This document shows, one piece after another, positions 59,988 to 64,000 of a stretch of DNA of 64,000 nucleotides. The notes under the pieces are model-generated. The model was not told the DNA's origin and ran no database searches. It saw only the letters and a list, made by a program, of their open reading frames with translations. Both the position numbers and the translations under genes were made by a program. Within the stretch, counting starts at the first letter, position 1. Every line of letters starts with the position of its first letter. Origin of the DNA: Winogradskyella tangerina (GTDB taxonomy: Bacteria; Bacteroidota; Bacteroidia; Flavobacteriales; Flavobacteriaceae). The DNA lies in NCBI RefSeq assembly GCF_003260205.1, contig NZ_QERF01000001.1, forward strand, positions 553,985 through 617,984, in the 5' to 3' direction.

Positions 59988-60022
59988 AGTGTGCAAAAGT
60001 AACTAAGAATATGTTACTTTTG
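59988..60022. promoter_or_regulatory. perfect 13-bp inverted repeat GTGCAAAAGTAAC-N9-GTTACTTTTGCAC (transposase terminator and/or operator of the cargo operon)
   Basis: It lies between the transposase stop (60069) and the start of the 60-aa ORF (59970). On the minus strand it is followed by ACTTTTT. Confidence 0.45.
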
Positions 60023-60068
60023 CACTAAAGTATGTAATTTAATGATAAATACAATCTACTTTAACTTA

Positions 60069-61010
60069 TTAATATACAGTACTTATTAGTTTCTTATAAC
60101 TTAAAGTACTTTCACTATCTACTAAAAACTTTTCAAATCTTTCTTGACTAGATAAACTTCTAGTATTAAATCTAGCTGCAAATTCATCTAGATAACGTTC
60201 TAAATGCTTTTCGCTAACTTGGTGGTAAATTCCATACAAACCACGCTTTAGTACACTCCAAAAGTTCTCAATCGTATTGGTATGGACTTGTCCATCCACA
60301 TAAATATTCAAAGCGTGTTTTACACTTTCATGGGTGTAATACTTTTTTAGATGATTATATACTGGCGCTTCGTCAGAATAAATCGTTGATCCTTGCGGAA
60401 CGTGTCTCGCTATAAATGCTCCCATATTGCGCAACTCCGAATTAGGGACGTGTTTTAAAACTACATTACCGTTTCGCTCAATGATACCAACAACCGTTTT
60501 CTTAGGCGTATAAGGTTTACCCTCATTGGTAAAGTTTTTATCCTCTAATGAACGGCGTTTGTTAATATGCTTATTCTTTTCACGACCACCAATATAGGCT
60601 TCATCAACTTCTACCATTTTATCCTTTCCCAATACCTGTGGTGCTTTGTCCTTTAGCATTTCTCTAATACGGTGCAAAACAAACCAAGCCGTCTTTTGAG
60701 TAATACCTAAATCTAAAGCTAATTGTACCGAACTGATACCCTTTTTATGAGTTGTGGCTAAGAATATAGCTGCAAACCATATTCTTAACGAGATTTTAGA
60801 GCCATGAAATATAGTACCGACCTTTACAGTAAACTTTTTATAACATTCGCTATTGGCGCATTTATGACCCCTATTGGTTTTATATGTACGCTCACTACCA
60901 CAATGAGGGCAAACAGGTGTTCCGTTCCAACGGATCTGCTCGTAATACTCTATGCAAGTGTTTTCGTCCTTAAAGTAATCTAAAAGCTGTGGTAGAGACT
61001 TGAAATTCAT
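60069..61010 (-). CDS. IS1595-family transposase (ISXO2-like DDE)
   Basis: It has an N-terminal zinc ribbon (CPHCGSERTYKT...HKCANSECYKKF) and a DDE_Tnp_IS1595 core (YIGG...IYSDEAPVYN...ENFWS). Confidence 0.9.
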   Translation of the reverse strand: MNFKSLPQLLDYFKDENTCIEYYEQIRWNGTPVCPHCGSERTYKTNRGHKCANSECYKKFTVKVGTIFHGSKISLRIWFAAIFLATTHKKGISSVQLALDLGITQKTAWFVLHRIREMLKDKAPQVLGKDKMVEVDEAYIGGREKNKHINKRRSLEDKNFTNEGKPYTPKKTVVGIIERNGNVVLKHVPNSELRNMGAFIARHVPQGSTIYSDEAPVYNHLKKYYTHESVKHALNIYVDGQVHTNTIENFWSVLKRGLYGIYHQVSEKHLERYLDEFAARFNTRSLSSQERFEKFLVDSESTLSYKKLISTVY

Positions 61011-61078
61011 TTTATTTTAGGTGTTTGTTGGGACAAATATAATGAAAATATATTAATTGTTGATATTATGTTCACAAA

Positions 61079-61162
61079 AAGTTTGGTAATTTTTCCAAAC
61101 TTTTATGTAAAAGCCTATTTTTGAGTAGTATAATTAAAATTAAGTTTGGTAATTTTTCCAAA
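61079..61162. promoter_or_regulatory. divergent promoter/operator region with two exact 21-bp direct repeats AAGTTTGGTAATTTTTCCAAA (61079-61099 and 61142-61162)
   Basis: Each repeat has inverted ends TTTGG...CCAAA. The two copies are 63 bp apart (six helical turns). The second abuts the ATG of the XRE/ImmA gene. Confidence 0.55.
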
Positions 61163-61164
61163 AC

Positions 61165-62427
61165 ATGAATAGTAACAATAAACATAAAGATGTAGATAAA
61201 TTGCTTAGAGGTCTATTTAATGAGAACACTAAGCTTCAGAACTTTGAACTGATAGAGTTATTTGAACAGCGATTGGCCGATCTTTCAATAACGAAAAATC
61301 AAGCTTGTATTATTTTGGATATTGAACACAAAACTTTGGATAGTGTATTAGATGGTACTTCAAAAAAAATAGATTTTCTAGGTATTTTAAAGCTTTCTTA
61401 CTTTTTAGATATACCTCATAATGATTTTATCGATAAGTACTTCGATTTAACTTTTAAAAACAACAATGAAGATATTGAAATAGTTAAAAAAAGAAGTTTC
61501 ATAGTTAAGAACTTTGATTTACCCCAGCTTAAAAAGTCTGGCTTTATTGACAGCATTAATGATTTTGATGATATAGAGATTAGGCTAAATCAATTTTTTG
61601 GCTATGATACGATATTCGAATTTGGTAAGAATAAATTTACGGCGGCACTAAGTTCAGGTTCAAGAAAAACCAATCAGAAAAGTTTTGACTTTTGGTCAGA
61701 AGCAGTATGTAAGAGTATAGATAAAACTCCTAATCCCCATAAGTATGATAGAGAAGGCTTAATTGAGTTTTTCCCAAGAATAAGAGCGTATTGCTTAGAC
61801 GTTGAAAAAGGATTGATAGCGGTAGCCCAAAAGCTTTTTACTTTGGGTGTCACTTTGATTATAGTTCCTAAATACAATACTGATTTACATTTAAGGGGAG
61901 CAACATTCGTAAGAAATGGCAAGCCCTGTATTGCACTGACAAAATACACTCAATTTTACCCTACCATTTGGTTTACCTTAATACATGAGTGCTACCATGT
62001 TTTGTATGATTGGGAAGTTATAAAAAAAGAGACTTTTCACTTTAGCATTGAGGTAGAAAACCAAGAGGATCAGAATAATTCCAATATTATTAATGGTTAT
62101 GAGATAAATGAAAGTGAAGCTAATTATTTTGCTCGTGAATATTTGTTTTCTAATGAAAAACTAAAATCTGTAACTCCTCTTATAAATGATAAATTGTTCA
62201 TTGAGAGATTTGCTAAAGAAAACCATGTACACCCAAGCTTTATATACAGCTTTTATTTATGGAATAATGGAAGTAAATCAAACTATGGTAAATTCAATAA
62301 GTATTTTCCAAAGGAAAGCTATGATAAACTTCTAAAGAATTTTAGTGTTTACGAGGAATCAAAACACTTACCTGTTAATGAACTTACAAAGAATAGAAAT
62401 AACAACCTTAATTATAATACCCTTTAG
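61165..62427 (+). CDS. XRE-type HTH fused to an ImmA/IrrE-family HEXXH metallopeptidase domain (cargo regulator)
   Basis: The N-terminal HTH is LSITKNQACIILDIEHKTLDSVLDG. Mid-protein is HECYH (HEXXH) within TLIHECYHVLYDWE. It is 420 aa. Confidence 0.6.
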   Translation: MNSNNKHKDVDKLLRGLFNENTKLQNFELIELFEQRLADLSITKNQACIILDIEHKTLDSVLDGTSKKIDFLGILKLSYFLDIPHNDFIDKYFDLTFKNNNEDIEIVKKRSFIVKNFDLPQLKKSGFIDSINDFDDIEIRLNQFFGYDTIFEFGKNKFTAALSSGSRKTNQKSFDFWSEAVCKSIDKTPNPHKYDREGLIEFFPRIRAYCLDVEKGLIAVAQKLFTLGVTLIIVPKYNTDLHLRGATFVRNGKPCIALTKYTQFYPTIWFTLIHECYHVLYDWEVIKKETFHFSIEVENQEDQNNSNIINGYEINESEANYFAREYLFSNEKLKSVTPLINDKLFIERFAKENHVHPSFIYSFYLWNNGSKSNYGKFNKYFPKESYDKLLKNFSVYEESKHLPVNELTKNRNNNLNYNTL

Positions 62428-62432
62428 CACTT

Positions 62433-63020
62433 ATGAAAGAGAAAAAATTAAAGAATGTAATCCAAGCAAACACAAAAGAGTTAAAGGAATTACAAAGAAA
62501 AGAGGAGATACAGACCCTCTTATTCAGAACGGAATCACTACGTCCCCAAAAGGACTATGATAAGGAGTTAGAAAAAATCCAACTCAGAAACGGAACAACA
62601 ACTTCCCTTAAAGAGATTAAAGATTTAATAAATGATATTCCTAGGGAACACGAATCTATGTTCCCTAACGAAAAACCGTTTTTCTCTTTAATGTTTTATT
62701 TAAACGAGTGGAACGATTTAAACCCTCATAACTTTATAAAACCACCAATCTGTGCTAAATGGATAAAACAATATATCTATGGGCGGTTTGATAGAGAAGT
62801 TTTACCTACTTTGTTGAAAAAGGAAAATCCAATAATAGCGGGTTATATTAAGAAATATAAATTGTTCCAGTTTTTAAATGATGATGGGCTGATGTTGCTA
62901 GAGGGTTATATTAATGATGCAATAGAGGTAATGAAAATATCTAAAAATTGGTATGATTTTGAATTAAAGTACACCAAGTTATACACTTTATCGGTACAAT
63001 TGAAGCTTAAACTGAAATAG
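62433..63020 (+). CDS. hypothetical protein (cargo, downstream of XRE/ImmA)
   Basis: It is 195 aa and Lys-rich with no recognisable motif. It lies 6 nt after the upstream stop. Confidence 0.4.
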   Translation: MKEKKLKNVIQANTKELKELQRKEEIQTLLFRTESLRPQKDYDKELEKIQLRNGTTTSLKEIKDLINDIPREHESMFPNEKPFFSLMFYLNEWNDLNPHNFIKPPICAKWIKQYIYGRFDREVLPTLLKKENPIIAGYIKKYKLFQFLNDDGLMLLEGYINDAIEVMKISKNWYDFELKYTKLYTLSVQLKLKLK

Positions 63021-63431
63021 TATGAAAACAATGATGTTTGTAATATAAATATTACTTTGATATACATCTTATCGAATAATTACGAACTTAAATAGATGGT
63101 AATGATATTAAGTAATATCTTTAAGTAGAAAACAAAAAAGCACCCAATAGGATGCTTAAAATACTCTCTCTGAGATAGACTGGAAAAGTGCAAATACACC
63201 GTTCAAAAGTGTGCCGTCTCTCATTAGGATAGGGCTTTTGACTTACAGTCGGAAAACGTCGGTACTCGCAATACTGACGTTTTTTCATTTATAAAAGTAG
63301 TCAAAATGACTACTATCGGCAAATATTTTCGATAAAATGATATCAATTTTAAGGGTTTGTAATATTATTCTTAAAATATTGATGCCATTTTTAGTTTTGA
63401 ACTATCTTGTCCCTTATTGTATATAGCTGCC

Positions 63432-63439
63432 TGGATAGG
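63432..63439. repeat. target-site duplication, right copy (TGGATAGG)
   Basis: It is identical to the 8-mer at 59038-59045. IS1595-family elements make 8-bp TSDs. Confidence 0.7.
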
Positions 63440-63518
63440 ATGATTTGTAGTAATTTTAGTTAAGAAACAACAGGTGCGTTTATTTGCTTGTTGGCGGTAA
63501 TTTAATAAAGGAATTAAA

Positions 63519-63839
63519 TTGATTGATAAGAGTACAATTCTGGAAGTTTTCGAGGACATCCGCCAAAATGGGGAATGGGATATTAATCGGGGATTACTTT
63601 ATGGTTATTTTTTTCTAGACGAAAATCGCCAAAAACTTAAAACTGTTGGGGATAACCTCAAAAAGAAAGGTTACACTTTTGTTGACATTTTCAAAGCGGA
63701 ATCGGAAGAAAATGAAAAAGCGGAAATGTACTATTTGCATATTGAAAAAGTTGAAATTCACTCAGTTGATTCCCTATTTGAAAGGAACTTAGAATTCTAC
63801 AACGTCGCTGAAAAATTTGGAATAAATTCATACGACTGA
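63519..63839 (+). CDS. RraB-like (regulator of ribonuclease activity B family) small protein
   Basis: It has tandem alpha/beta repeats ending with the ...EKFGINSYD motif (compare the RraB C-terminal G-x-YDGW). Confidence 0.45.
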   Translation: MIDKSTILEVFEDIRQNGEWDINRGLLYGYFFLDENRQKLKTVGDNLKKKGYTFVDIFKAESEENEKAEMYYLHIEKVEIHSVDSLFERNLEFYNVAEKFGINSYD

Positions 63840-63907
63840 TTTGATATCGGGGATGTGTATTAAAAAAACTACACACAACAAAGAACTGAGTTAAAAAACA
63901 AGTCTTT

Positions 63908-64000
63908 TTAGCTTAATCTAGATACATAATTTTCATCATAAGGTAATCCTGATTTTGCAATGGCAAATGCTTGTTTCAACAATTTGTTTGCTACTGCGAT
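63908..64000 (-). CDS. 3' end of a minus-strand CDS continuing beyond the window (unknown product)
   Basis: The frame is open to the window edge and ends ...ENYVSRLS*. Confidence 0.25.
   Translation of the reverse strand: MAVANKLLKQAFAIAKSGLPYDENYVSRLS

Larger units (their letters stand above)
59046..63431. mobile_element. IS1595-family transposable element (4,386 bp) with cargo genes; 25-bp perfect terminal inverted repeats; 8-bp TSD TGGATAGG
   Basis: IRL GGCAGCTATATACAATAAGGGACAA (59046-59070) is the exact reverse complement of IRR (63407-63431). Identical TGGATAGG copies sit at 59038-59045 and 63432-63439. The IS1595-family transposase ORF is inside. Confidence 0.8.

Noticed and set aside
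59078-63458. 11-bp TAGTAATTTTA found both just inside the left IR and just outside the right TSD
   Set aside because: The two copies are in direct orientation on opposite sides of the element boundary, so they cannot be part of the terminal repeats. They are most likely a chance match in AT-rich DNA, though they could reflect insertion into a pre-existing related sequence.
1-64000. CRISPR array
   Set aside because: No run of regularly spaced identical 25-40-bp repeats was found. The only exact repeats are the IS terminal IRs, the 21-bp operator pair and the 29-bp motif pair.

Overview
This window is a Flavobacteriaceae-type (Bacteroidota) chromosomal segment of about 36-38% GC. The family call rests on the Bacteroidota TAnnTTTG -7 promoter motif and several T9SS C-terminal sorting domains. 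Most of it is housekeeping: a dinB-SRAP pair, a split biotin cluster (bioF, a DUF2007 gene, bioD, bioA, a FabB/F-like KAS gene, then an NfeD/flotillin pair, then bioB), recX, recO, gdhA, a trans-sulfuration enzyme gene, an NhaP antiporter gene, yicC-gmk-nadD, metG, ferritin and ssb. Also present are a giant LTD/Calx-beta T9SS adhesin, a TonB-dependent receptor, a PorZ-like propeller protein, two tandem beta-lactamase-like hydrolases opposite an LD-carboxypeptidase, and two tandem MG2-like paralogs. Two loci stand out. The first is a 4,386-bp IS1595-family element at 59046-63431. It has perfect 25-bp terminal inverted repeats and an 8-bp target-site duplication TGGATAGG, and it carries five cargo ORFs: a retropepsin-like aspartic-protease micro-operon and an XRE-HTH/ImmA-IrrE (HEXXH) regulator with tandem 21-bp operator repeats. 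The second is an ORF-free block of about 2.1 kb at 50141-52208 packed with minus-strand tRNA-like pieces. In three of them the 3' half (T-arm, acceptor 3' strand, CCA or discriminator) lies immediately upstream of the matching 5' half, which is a circularly permuted or scrambled order. One anticodon loop reads UUA (ochre-suppressor-like) and another reads UAA on a class-I body. These sit among strongly hairpinned sequence. No CRISPR array or rRNA was seen.
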